This document shows positions 18,435-28,165 of a stretch of DNA of 64,000 nucleotides, one piece after another (position 1 is the first letter of the stretch; every line of letters starts with the position of its first letter). The position numbers and the translations under genes were made by a program. The notes under the pieces are model-generated. The model saw only the letters and a list, made by a program, of their open reading frames with translations, was not told the DNA's origin and searched no databases. Origin of the DNA: a virus; the IMG/VR virus record IMGVR_UViG_3300029253_000304; one strand, 5' to 3'.

Positions 18435-20599
18435 CGAAATGGAACGAATTCAAAACGAAAATTCTGATGCTGTCGAAGGGTGAAAAGCTCGTACTTTTGT
18501 TCTGCTTTTCCTTTCTTGTCAGCCTTTTCCCGGCAGGATGCATTGCGAAAGTTTTTGTCGGGGAATGGGATGCGGGGCTTTTGCGGGGCTTTGTGCTTGC
18601 CCTGACGACCGGTTACGGAATTGTGACGGCACTTGTCTTTGCGTGTGCCATTACATTCGTTATTATCCGGTTTTCAGTTAATAACACAGACCTTAACGCA
18701 ACCAAAGAAGTGGATGACCGTGGCGTTGCAACGTCTATGGCGGGCACATACGGCACGGCTCGTTGGATGAACGAAGCAGAAGCCAAAAAAGTCTATGAGG
18801 TCGGACCGGTTGAAAACGTAACGGGCACGATTCTAGGACAGTTCACGCAAGACGGTGAAGAAGTCATTGCGCTGCCTTTTGAACCTACCGGCAACCGGAA
18901 CCTTATCCTTATCGGACCTCCGGGTTCAGGTAAGTCTTTTGGCTATGTCAGAACGGCGGTATTCCAATCTATTGTGCGTGGCGAATCGGTTGTGGTCACT
19001 GACCCGAAAGGCGAAATCCACAACGATATGCGTAAACTTCTTGAATCCCGTGGTTATAAGGTCAAGGTCTTTAACCTTATCAATCTGGACCTTTCTAATG
19101 CATGGGATTGTGTTCAGGAAATTTATGACCCGATTACCGGCAACATTGATGACCAGCGTGTGATTACCTTCTGTAAAACCGTTATTGCGAACACCGGGGG
19201 CGGCGCAAACAGCAAGGGCGACCCGTTCTGGGAGAGCTCGGAAGAGAACCTGTTCCGCGTTGCGGTTTCTTATTGTGCTTATATCCGTGAGAAGAGCCTG
19301 ATTGAGATTTATGAGCGCCGTGCAAAAGAGCTTTTGACGCAGTTGCCGTACATCACTCGGGAAGATGAGCAATCTCTGATTGAGATTGTAAAGAATCCGG
19401 AATCCGCAATGGTGGATAGACGCCGAGTTGTCGAATACCTTGCTCATTCGTTCTATGGCGATGAAGAAGGGGACAGGAAACTCTCTGAATGGGAGGAGGA
19501 TGCTCCGACCTGTAACATCTCTGATATCTATGACGCTCTGCTTCACAACGACCTTGATAAGTGGGAAGCAAACTTCAAGTATGTGCCGTTGAGCCATCCT
19601 GCTGCATCTGCCTGGGCAGTGTTTAAGGGTATGGGTGAACGTGTACAGCCCAACATTGTTGGCGGCTTGAATACTCGACTCCAGCTGTTCATGACCTACA
19701 AGGTGCGCCGTGTTATCAGTAACGATGATATCCGCCTTGCAAATCTTGGCGCAGAAAAGACTGCACTGTTCCTTATCATCTCGGACGATAACGCTTCTAT
19801 GCAGCTGCTTTCCTCTCTGCTTCTGAGCTTCCTGTTCAAGGACCTGAAAGAGGCTTTTGATGCAGTTGGCGGCGAAGGACGCATCCCCGTCAACGTTGTT
19901 GCGGACGAGCTAGCAAACACCGGTGTCTGGCCGAACTTCGAAAAGACGATTGCTACTGCACGTTCTCGTAAGATTGCAGTTTCTCTTATCTTGCAGAGCT
20001 TACCGCAGTTGACTCAGCTGTACGGCGAGGAAAACGCCGAAACTATCATCGGCTGCTGCAATACAATGCTGGTTCTGGGTTGTAACGATAAGTATACAGC
20101 CGAATACATCTCTGATAAGAGCGGCATCGTTACGATTCGCGCCAAGAGCGTCAGCGATACTCGCGCTTCTTCTGCCGGAAATCGCGGTGTGATGCAAGGG
20201 TATTCGCTCAGTGAAGGCGACGGCAAACGAAACCTTGTGAACCCGGATGAAGTTCAGCATTTGGAAAAGGAACAGATTTTGATTATGACGAATGGCCAGA
20301 ACATGCTGGAAGCCAAGCGTTTCGGATTTATTCATCATCCTCTGTTCAATGACCCGCATTTCGTTCCGACCAAATGGGCAGAGCTTCCGAAAACCGCAGA
20401 CCTTTATCCTAATGCCCGCAAACATGACGCGATTGAGTCTCGTGAATCGTCGTTCGGTGATATCCAGCGCCAGAAGGAAATCAATACAGACATTACACAA
20501 AAGCGCTCCGAAGAGCGCATGAAACCGCGTTTGTCCAAGAAAGATTTACTGGCAACGGATGAACCCGCACCTAAAAAGAAAAACGCCTTCAAAAAATAA
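18431..20599 (+). CDS. VirD4/TraG-family type IV coupling protein (T4CP)
   Basis: N-terminal TM helices; Walker A LILIGPPGSGKSF; TraG/VirD4-like conserved blocks; 722 aa. Confidence 0.85.
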   Translation: MTKWNEFKTKILMLSKGEKLVLLFCFSFLVSLFPAGCIAKVFVGEWDAGLLRGFVLALTTGYGIVTALVFACAITFVIIRFSVNNTDLNATKEVDDRGVATSMAGTYGTARWMNEAEAKKVYEVGPVENVTGTILGQFTQDGEEVIALPFEPTGNRNLILIGPPGSGKSFGYVRTAVFQSIVRGESVVVTDPKGEIHNDMRKLLESRGYKVKVFNLINLDLSNAWDCVQEIYDPITGNIDDQRVITFCKTVIANTGGGANSKGDPFWESSEENLFRVAVSYCAYIREKSLIEIYERRAKELLTQLPYITREDEQSLIEIVKNPESAMVDRRRVVEYLAHSFYGDEEGDRKLSEWEEDAPTCNISDIYDALLHNDLDKWEANFKYVPLSHPAASAWAVFKGMGERVQPNIVGGLNTRLQLFMTYKVRRVISNDDIRLANLGAEKTALFLIISDDNASMQLLSSLLLSFLFKDLKEAFDAVGGEGRIPVNVVADELANTGVWPNFEKTIATARSRKIAVSLILQSLPQLTQLYGEENAETIIGCCNTMLVLGCNDKYTAEYISDKSGIVTIRAKSVSDTRASSAGNRGVMQGYSLSEGDGKRNLVNPDEVQHLEKEQILIMTNGQNMLEAKRFGFIHHPLFNDPHFVPTKWAELPKTADLYPNARKHDAIESRESSFGDIQRQKEINTDITQKRSEERMKPRLSKKDLLATDEPAPKKKNAFKK

Positions 20600-20613
20600 A
20601 TAATTTGTTCCTT

Positions 20614-20656
20614 AGCCCCCGGTTACTGATTGTGTGACCGGGGGCTTTCTTTTTCC
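20614..20656 (+). terminator. intrinsic terminator after T4CP gene
   Basis: 10 bp perfect stem AGCCCCCGGT...ACCGGGGGCT followed by TTCTTTTTC. Confidence 0.6.
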
Positions 20657-20802
20657 CTGATTCGCTCCATGCGGGTCAGGAACCACACAAATCGACAGCC
20701 TCCGCGCGGCGTGTGGTGGACAGTGCCCGAATCCTGCTACCGGGCAGCGACGAATGTCGATAATCTCATATTTCTTTTTTTAATACAAAGGAGACAAATA
20801 CC

Positions 20803-21939
20803 ATGAACGAAAACGAAATGCTGAATCCCACTGCCGTTGAAACCAATGAAGCTGCTGTCGCCGCTGCACCCGAAGAAAATGTAAACGCCGCGCCGGTATC
20901 TGAACCGCAGGAGGCAAAAGAAGCACCTGAAGCCGCCTCCGCTGATGAGGGCATTGATGAGGACGGCAGCGAGGCTCCTCGCGCAACTCGCCGTTTCAAT
21001 GACGACGACCTGGCGATTGGCGCTTTCATCGATGACGGCAATGATATGCTGCATGTCGATATGCCTGAAGACCGCCGCGCTCGTGACCTGGCTGAGATGC
21101 GCCGCTGCATTGCTGACAACAAGCGTGGCCCTCGCCGTTTCCTGCAGGGCAAGGTCTTTGGCGTTCGCCCGGTTCAAAATGGCAGCGCTGTGGTTGAAGT
21201 GAGCCGTGGCACGCTGCGCGTCATGATTCCCGCTGAGGACTTCTTCTACTTCAGCCTTATGAAGGGCATTGAAGAGAACGATGCGACTACTCGTCAGCGC
21301 CGCTATCTGCGCAAAGCAAAGCTGATGAATGGCGCTATCATCAACTTCTGCCCGTACATGGAAGCCAAGTCCGATGACGGCGAGGTTGTGTTCGCTGGTT
21401 CTCGTCAGGATGCTATGCAGCTCCAGCGCAACCGTCACTTCTTTGGCCGTAATGCCGATGTTCAGAACGGCTCTCGCGCTATCGCTTCTATCCTGTCCAG
21501 CGGCCCTGATTACGTCATCGCTGAGGCTCTGGGCGTTGAGACCAGCATCGGTGCTGGTGCTCTGTCCGCTTATGAGTACATCGACGATGTGTCCAAGAAG
21601 TTCCATGTTGGCGAAGGCATTCCCGTTGTCATCGAAGACCTGAATGTGGATAATGAGAACGGCACTGTCAGCCTGCGTATGAACCGTGCTATTCTGGAAC
21701 GCCGTGCGAATCCCGCTATGAATATCCACAGCCTGGCCCGCAACGGTGCTTACGGTGCTACTGTGACTTCCGTTCAGGATAACTACTACCGCCTGATTGT
21801 GGATGTCGGCAACATCCAGGCCCGCGTTGCCCGTACCGCTTCCGATGAGCTGCTGACTCGCGGCGACCGTGTGACGCTGCTTGTCTACGGTTACGACGAT
21901 AAGCGCAACTACGTTTGGGGCGCTTGCCATAAGGCGTAA
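20803..21939 (+). CDS. hypothetical protein with acidic disordered N-terminus and repeated S1/OB-fold-like segments
   Basis: RBS AAAGGAGA; GC-rich; repeated G-x-V/I...V-x-V-x-R-G segments; the long antisense ORF 20737..21954 is judged a shadow. Confidence 0.4.
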   Translation: MNENEMLNPTAVETNEAAVAAAPEENVNAAPVSEPQEAKEAPEAASADEGIDEDGSEAPRATRRFNDDDLAIGAFIDDGNDMLHVDMPEDRRARDLAEMRRCIADNKRGPRRFLQGKVFGVRPVQNGSAVVEVSRGTLRVMIPAEDFFYFSLMKGIEENDATTRQRRYLRKAKLMNGAIINFCPYMEAKSDDGEVVFAGSRQDAMQLQRNRHFFGRNADVQNGSRAIASILSSGPDYVIAEALGVETSIGAGALSAYEYIDDVSKKFHVGEGIPVVIEDLNVDNENGTVSLRMNRAILERRANPAMNIHSLARNGAYGATVTSVQDNYYRLIVDVGNIQARVARTASDELLTRGDRVTLLVYGYDDKRNYVWGACHKA

Positions 21940-22094
21940 CTGAATCCCGGCCACTTGCTTTTTCCGGCAAGTGGCCGGATACCGCGCATGTCATCAGCCT
22001 TCTCGCGGCGCGTGGTGAGCAACTGCAAAAATTGCAGGCCAATGATGACTTTAGTTGAAAATGAATTTATTAAGTGGTGACGAGGTGATTCTTT

Positions 22095-22436
22095 GTGAGT
22101 AGGTGTGCGAATATGCGGTCGGGAATGTTTCATACGACAATGAATGACACGGACATTTTTGTTACGTGTAGTATAAATGGACCGTGCGTCAAGCTGACGG
22201 TTTCTGCGTTCTTTGAAAGTGATTTGTCTGATATGTGTAATCTGATGCGAAAAGTGAAAAGCAAGTCGGTCTTACTTTCAATGGATATCTACAAAAATGG
22301 CGCGGTGGTAAATATCAGTGATATTGGACTTTTGTCTGAACAAGAAAAAGCGAGCCAGGATATGCTAATGCAGTTATATCGTAATTGCTGTGCCGCAATG
22401 CTTGTATTGGCTCGGCAGGAGGGGGAAGAAGCATGA
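22095..22436 (+). CDS. small hypothetical protein
   Basis: ORF only; start uncertain (ATG 22113 possible). Confidence 0.3.
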   Translation: MSRCANMRSGMFHTTMNDTDIFVTCSINGPCVKLTVSAFFESDLSDMCNLMRKVKSKSVLLSMDIYKNGAVVNISDIGLLSEQEKASQDMLMQLYRNCCAAMLVLARQEGEEA

Positions 22437-23737
22437 GTAAAGAAGAGCAGAAGCCAAATATTTATCAAATCCCAAAAAACTCGTTTGATACCGGGTATGT
22501 GCTGAACGGACAATTCAAAACCCGAAACTTTGTGGAAGGCATCATCCTGGCGATTCCGTTTCTGGCACTCTTCATTTACGGCTGGCATGATTTGGGATGG
22601 GATGTGCAAAGCACCGTTGCCTATTGTGCAATACTTTGTGCTGCTGCTTTTCTTGGCGCGGCTCATGGCGTTGGCGGCGATAGCTTGTTTGAGTTTATTC
22701 AGCGTGTCATCCGGTTCCGGCAAAGCCGCAGAATCTCAAAATACAATCCTCGTATTAAGACTGAGTTGGAGCCTGAGTATTTGATTCAGGATGGCCGGAT
22801 GCTCCCGAAGGAAAAGCTCAAACAAATGTTTGGTACTGTAAAGGGGAAGGTACTCGGTGAAGAGAACGGCCCTATCAGCTCTGACATTACGGACGAAGAG
22901 CTCAAGGTTTTTTATGACGATGACTATGGGTTCTTGGAAAAGCCTGATGCCCTCAAATCTAAAGCAGAACTCCGTGCTGAAGCAAAACAGCGTGCGAAGG
23001 AAGAAAAGGAATATATCAACTCTTTGCCCCGTTCTGAACGCAAGGCTGCCAGAGAGGAAATTAAGCGTAAGCGTGAGCAGGAAGAGGCTGAGAAGAAGGC
23101 AAAAGAAGCTGAGCGCGAGCGCATTATTAACGAAGCTATCAAGAAGCGTCTGGATAAAGCCGAGCGTGTCAAGACCGCGCAGTATTATGAGAAGTTCATG
23201 GAACCCAGTGATGAACAGGAAACCGACAAGCCGGAAGAGAACGGCGCTGAACTGAATTCTCAGGCTGTAGAGTTCAAGCCTGTCACTGTAGGACCGAGCG
23301 ATAATGCGGTCCAGGATGATATCGATATCTTTGACAGCGAAAAGGATATCAGTACCGACGAAGTAGATGTGAATGCGGATACAGAACTGTTTGAGAACGA
23401 CGCCGATACTGATATCCAGGCACCTCAGTTTGACGAAGTGGTCCTTGACGTCGATGATGACTCGGATGACTTGTCGGTTGATATCGAGGACATTCAACCC
23501 GCACAGCCCACACAGCAGAGCAGGGGACAGGCTGTAGTCAGTGATGGCGATGTCAGCCTGGATGACGTAGACCTTTTCGATGACAGCAAGGTCAGCCGCA
23601 CAGAGGTAAGAGTCCAGAACGTCAAGGCTCATGGAAAGATGATGAACCCGCAAAAGCAGCCGCAAGCCACACAGGGCAACAGTGATATTGATTATATGTC
23701 CTTGAATGACATTTCTATCTTTGATGATGAGGAGTGA
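22433..23737 (+). CDS. VirB3-like two-TM membrane protein with long charged C-terminal extension (tentative)
   Basis: ATG 22433 after GGAGGGGG; two TM helices near the N-terminus; sits directly upstream of and overlaps the VirB4 gene, as VirB3 homologues do; the 300 aa Glu/Lys/Asp-rich tail is atypical. Confidence 0.4.
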   Translation: MSKEEQKPNIYQIPKNSFDTGYVLNGQFKTRNFVEGIILAIPFLALFIYGWHDLGWDVQSTVAYCAILCAAAFLGAAHGVGGDSLFEFIQRVIRFRQSRRISKYNPRIKTELEPEYLIQDGRMLPKEKLKQMFGTVKGKVLGEENGPISSDITDEELKVFYDDDYGFLEKPDALKSKAELRAEAKQRAKEEKEYINSLPRSERKAAREEIKRKREQEEAEKKAKEAERERIINEAIKKRLDKAERVKTAQYYEKFMEPSDEQETDKPEENGAELNSQAVEFKPVTVGPSDNAVQDDIDIFDSEKDISTDEVDVNADTELFENDADTDIQAPQFDEVVLDVDDDSDDLSVDIEDIQPAQPTQQSRGQAVVSDGDVSLDDVDLFDDSKVSRTEVRVQNVKAHGKMMNPQKQPQATQGNSDIDYMSLNDISIFDDEE

Positions 23738-26403
23738 AGCCTATGTTTCGATTCAAAAAGGGCGGAGAAATCCCCCATGGTGTTGTGGAACAGAGTATCG
23801 GTACAATTCCGCTGACGAAAAAGGAACGCGATGAAATCGCCAAAGAAGAGCGGCGGCGGATGAATCAAAAGCTGGAAGCTCAGAATGACCGCTATCAAAT
23901 CATTCGAAGCACACAGCGTATTATCCCTATCGAAGATATTTACGGCGGCATTGTTGTGACGAAAGACCACCGTTATATCAAAATCATGGAGTTCCGCCCT
24001 ATCAACTTTGCCTATATGGACGCGGAAACTCAAAACCGTATTATTTCGCTCTTCTATCAAACGTTCAAAGCAACCCCCTGCAATATCCAGTTTAAGACCT
24101 TTTCCCGTAAAGCTGATGTTGAGAATTCAATTGCGGCCGTAACGGACTATTATAAGGCAGAAAAGAATCCGAGTCGTAAGCGGATGCTGCAGGCATACAT
24201 TGGCTTGCTTCGTAAAACCGCTTTGTCCGTTGGTATTACCCGCCGCTTCTTTGTGGTTGTAGAATTCCAGCGCACTATCAGCAACGATGGTTCTAAGTTT
24301 GAAATGGTCGTGGCGGACTTGAATGCTGTTGCGGCAAACGTTCGCTCTCACATGGAACAGTGCGGCAATATCTTCATTCCGGCGCTTGGCAACCCTGATG
24401 GGAACGAGGACGCAGGTCTGCACCAGCTTTTCTATCAGCTCTTGAACCGTAGAAAGAGCGAAACCGTCACGTTTAAGCAGCACATGGACCCTATTGTAGA
24501 CCGTTATTTTGAAGCCGAAAAGAACGGCGTCAAAACTTCTTTGCAGGCAACGGAACTGATTGCTCCAGACTGGATTGACTTTACGCATCACGATTACATT
24601 GTCATTGATGGCAAGTTTTATACTTTCGCTTACATTCCCTCGAACGGGTTCAGCCAGCGTGTCTATGCGGGCTGGGTGGCTACGTTCGTAAATGCTGGTG
24701 AAGGCATTGACGTCGATATGTTCTTTGAGCACATGTCCCGTGAAGCTGTCTTCAATAAAATCAGTACACAGCTTCGTCTGAGCCGTGCAAACGCCATGGA
24801 CAGTCACGATACTGACTCTGACTATCAGGCGCGTATGGAAAAAATTTCGTCCAGTGAATATATGCTGCGCGGCCTTTCCAGCGGCGAAGAGTTCTATTAC
24901 CTGTCAATGCTCATCACTATCGTGGCAGATACAAAGAAGGAACTCGATTATAAGTTCGATGCTTTGAAAAAGCGTATCGAAGGTCAGAGCATGAAGATTC
25001 GCCGTGCGGATTTCATGATGGAAGAATGCTTCGATTCCTGCCTGCTTCCTCTTGCGAAAATCAATAAGGAGCTGGCAAAGAAATCTCATCGCAATCTTCT
25101 GACTTCGGGTGTTGCATCCTGCTATCCGTTCATCTCGTTTGAAATGCAGGACCCGGGCGGCGTTATGGTCGGTACAAACCATGTCAACAACTCTCTGGTC
25201 ACCATCGATATGTTTGATACCCGTGCTCATGCAAACGCAAACGCCGTTATCCTGGGCTCTTCCGGCTACGGCAAGACTTTCACCGCACAGCTGTTCGCAC
25301 TACGCTTGTCTGAGATGGACACGCAAGTGTTTATCATCTCTCCTCTGAAAGGTTTGGAGGACTACGGCGGCGGTTGTAAGGCAATCAATGGTCAGTTCGT
25401 CTCCATGGACCCCTCTTCGGACAACAACATCAACATCATGGACATTCGCGCTCCTGACGATGAGGACGCAAAACTGCTGGATGATTATGAGGCTTCTGGC
25501 TCCTTCTTGACCAAAAAGATTCACACGATTCTTTCGTTCCTGCACCTGGTTGTTCGCAATATGACGCAGGAAGAAGAGCAGCTGATTGACGGCTGCCTGT
25601 ATGCGACATACGCAAAGTTCGGCATTACCCGTGATAACAACTCTATCTACGATAAAGATGGCAACTATAAGGTGATGCCGCTGTTGGAAGATTTGCAGGA
25701 AGAAATGAGAAAAAAACCTGAACTGCATACCGTCTGCAACATCTTAAATCCGCTAATTAACGGTTCTATGGCTTGCTTCAATCACCACACCAACGTGGAC
25801 CTTGACTCCAAGTACATCGTATTTGACTTCAATGGCATGAAAGGCTCTTTGCTTACCATGTCTATGTTCGTGGTTCTGGACTTTGTCTGGACGAAAATCA
25901 AAGAGGACCGTACACAGCGCAAAGCCGTATTTATTGACGAATGCTGGAAATTGATTGGTACTGACTCCAACGAGCAGGCAGCTGAAGACGTTGTTGAAAT
26001 CTTCCGTACGATTCGTGCTTATGGCGGTTCCGCTTTTGCTATGACTCAGGATATTTCTCAGTTCTACGAATACAAGGGCGGCAAATACGGCAAGGCAATT
26101 ATTGGTAACGCCGATACCAAAATCATCATGCACCTGATTCCGTCCGAAGCAAAAGCCCTTCAGGAAGCCATTCAGCTGACCAGCGTTGAGATGGAAGCGG
26201 TATCCAGCCTGCCGCGTGGTCAAGGTCTGGTTTGCTCTGCATCCGCAAAACTGTTCGTTGATTTTGTGGCCGATGACTATGAAGCCAAGGAAATCACAAC
26301 CGATGCTAAGTCCTTCTACGAACGCCGCAAGGCTCTGGAAAAGAAAAAGCGGGAAGAAGAAGAGAAGGCGGCGGAAAATACCGTCATCGATGTTGAAATG
26401 TGA
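23734..26403 (+). CDS. VirB4-family T4SS ATPase
   Basis: Walker A ILGSSGYGKTF; Walker B VFIDECWKL; ~890 aa typical of VirB4/TcpF/ConE-like proteins. Confidence 0.85.
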   Translation: MKPMFRFKKGGEIPHGVVEQSIGTIPLTKKERDEIAKEERRRMNQKLEAQNDRYQIIRSTQRIIPIEDIYGGIVVTKDHRYIKIMEFRPINFAYMDAETQNRIISLFYQTFKATPCNIQFKTFSRKADVENSIAAVTDYYKAEKNPSRKRMLQAYIGLLRKTALSVGITRRFFVVVEFQRTISNDGSKFEMVVADLNAVAANVRSHMEQCGNIFIPALGNPDGNEDAGLHQLFYQLLNRRKSETVTFKQHMDPIVDRYFEAEKNGVKTSLQATELIAPDWIDFTHHDYIVIDGKFYTFAYIPSNGFSQRVYAGWVATFVNAGEGIDVDMFFEHMSREAVFNKISTQLRLSRANAMDSHDTDSDYQARMEKISSSEYMLRGLSSGEEFYYLSMLITIVADTKKELDYKFDALKKRIEGQSMKIRRADFMMEECFDSCLLPLAKINKELAKKSHRNLLTSGVASCYPFISFEMQDPGGVMVGTNHVNNSLVTIDMFDTRAHANANAVILGSSGYGKTFTAQLFALRLSEMDTQVFIISPLKGLEDYGGGCKAINGQFVSMDPSSDNNINIMDIRAPDDEDAKLLDDYEASGSFLTKKIHTILSFLHLVVRNMTQEEEQLIDGCLYATYAKFGITRDNNSIYDKDGNYKVMPLLEDLQEEMRKKPELHTVCNILNPLINGSMACFNHHTNVDLDSKYIVFDFNGMKGSLLTMSMFVVLDFVWTKIKEDRTQRKAVFIDECWKLIGTDSNEQAAEDVVEIFRTIRAYGGSAFAMTQDISQFYEYKGGKYGKAIIGNADTKIIMHLIPSEAKALQEAIQLTSVEMEAVSSLPRGQGLVCSASAKLFVDFVADDYEAKEITTDAKSFYERRKALEKKKREEEEKAAENTVIDVEM

Positions 26404-26657
26404 TATTTGAAACGTCAAAATGAGGCGAAGGAGCGCTGATTATTATAAAGAATGATACATTTTGAGTAAAGCTGTGAATGTACACGTTAAAATGTGTTCA
26501 TTTTGCACTTTCAAAATGTGTCATTCTTTTTCTTTTATCCATAAAAAGGCACAATTCAATTTCACGTAAGCACAACGCTAATGCGTTTAATTTATGGTTC
26601 ACAAACGGCAAAAGAACACATTGGTTCATTTTGCTAGAAATGAAAGGAGACATTTGT

Positions 26658-27248
26658 ATGTCTGAGATTCACAATTCCGATATCCGCGAACTGCTGGATG
26701 CCATCCCCGTTATTCCCAATGAACTGATGGCCGAGTATCTCACTCGTCAATATCAGGTCAGCAAAAATATGGCACAGGAAATCATTTACAACGCCTGCCG
26801 TAAAGGCTCCAACCGCCGTCCGGCTTGCTATCCTACCAAAGAAGGGTTGGCGAAAGCCGATTACATCACGATGACGAGCAGTATCCGCAAGCGCTGCCGT
26901 GCTTTCCGCGTTGCATGTGAATTTTTGCCGGAGAGTCGTAATTTTACGATTCCCAGCGGCACTCCCTGGCTGTTGAGCTTCTGCTTCGATGGCAGTGTCT
27001 ACTATGTTTGTGAATTTGAACGTGGCAACGAACTTATTTTGGGAGACACGATTCGGAGCCTTGGCATTCGTGAGGATATGATGCCGGTCACTTCCCGTAT
27101 CGCAATCCTGGCCCCCGGCGCAAATCGAAAGCTTCTGAGTGAATGCGGGATTCGTTATTTCTGCATGGTCAGCGACAACTATGACCTGAATGTGACGGAA
27201 CAAATTGACGACGAGGATGTTTGGAATGGCGTTCCCATCATTAAATGA
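26658..27248 (+). CDS. hypothetical protein
   Basis: ATG 26658 preceded by AAAGGAGA; no motifs. Confidence 0.4.
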   Translation: MSEIHNSDIRELLDAIPVIPNELMAEYLTRQYQVSKNMAQEIIYNACRKGSNRRPACYPTKEGLAKADYITMTSSIRKRCRAFRVACEFLPESRNFTIPSGTPWLLSFCFDGSVYYVCEFERGNELILGDTIRSLGIREDMMPVTSRIAILAPGANRKLLSECGIRYFCMVSDNYDLNVTEQIDDEDVWNGVPIIK

Positions 27249-27993
27249 TTATAAACGTTGCATCGATAAAAACGATGTCAAACGCAACGCCGGTGATGAT
27301 GCCCCTGAAGCCGAATATCAAGCCCCGGTTTTGTACAATGCATCGACAAAGTTCGTAAAAAGCAAGCTCAAAAAGGCAGTGGATGCTTTGAAATCGGTTC
27401 CGGATGATGTTCCCTTGAAAAAGCTGCCGGATTCCATTCGCAATGATGTCTCGATTGAGATTCTTAAAGCCGAGCGGTCAATCCTTGTCTCATTTGAGAG
27501 TGATGAAGCCCCTGCACCGTATCAGCGGAAAAACATTGCAACGTTAATTCCAAACGATTTCTGTATGGTTTCTATCCCTCAAAATGGCTTTCTCAAGCTC
27601 CGGTTTTCTTCCTTTTTGCCGCCTTTTCAGCATGAGTGGTACAGCCGCAAGGCAAAGGCGAAAGACGCTGCTGGGCAGTATTATCTTGATGCCGAATTCG
27701 ATTACATCACGGAGGCTGCTATCAAGGCATTTATCGCTCAAAATGGGCCAATCAACCTGCCTTCCGAACAGCTTTTTCTCGTGTTTTGTCGCGGCGTTTC
27801 ACCCGCGAAAAAGACCCCGATTGACAGCAACAATGTCTATACGGGAGCCATCACAAACGCCATTTGTAGGGTGCTCCAACACGGTGATGGATGGGATATG
27901 ATGAGTTTCCTTTACACTGCAATTCCAACCGAATCTGACCCGTATTTGGAAGTGATTCTTTGCTCAAAAGCCGACCTCTTCCATTGGCTTTAA
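27226..27993 (+). CDS. hypothetical protein
   Basis: start/stop region overlaps the previous gene; no motifs. Confidence 0.4.
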   Translation: MAFPSLNDYKRCIDKNDVKRNAGDDAPEAEYQAPVLYNASTKFVKSKLKKAVDALKSVPDDVPLKKLPDSIRNDVSIEILKAERSILVSFESDEAPAPYQRKNIATLIPNDFCMVSIPQNGFLKLRFSSFLPPFQHEWYSRKAKAKDAAGQYYLDAEFDYITEAAIKAFIAQNGPINLPSEQLFLVFCRGVSPAKKTPIDSNNVYTGAITNAICRVLQHGDGWDMMSFLYTAIPTESDPYLEVILCSKADLFHWL

Positions 27994-28004
27994 CATAGTC
28001 CGGT

Positions 28005-28076
28005 AGTAACATTTTTAGGGATATAAAAGAGTAACATTTTTAGGTGTCAAATTTTCGTTCCCTAGAAATGTTACTC
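28005..28076 (+). promoter_or_regulatory. iteron/operator-like repeats: two direct AGTAACATTTTTAGG copies 25 bp apart plus one inverted copy
   Basis: 28005-28019 and 28030-28044 are identical direct repeats; 28062-28076 is the reverse complement with one change. Confidence 0.4.
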
Positions 28077-28165
28077 TTTCTTTTTGATTTTACGCGGTAC
28101 GATATGAATTTCAGCCCTGCGATTCGTATGAGGTACGGAATCGAACGGACAACTTTGGTGGTACT

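Noticed and set aside
20737-21954. 405 aa minus-strand ORF antisense to the S1-like gene
   Set aside because: The plus-strand gene follows a terminator and promoter, has an RBS, and is co-oriented with the cluster. The antisense ORF is the usual shadow seen in GC-rich sequence.
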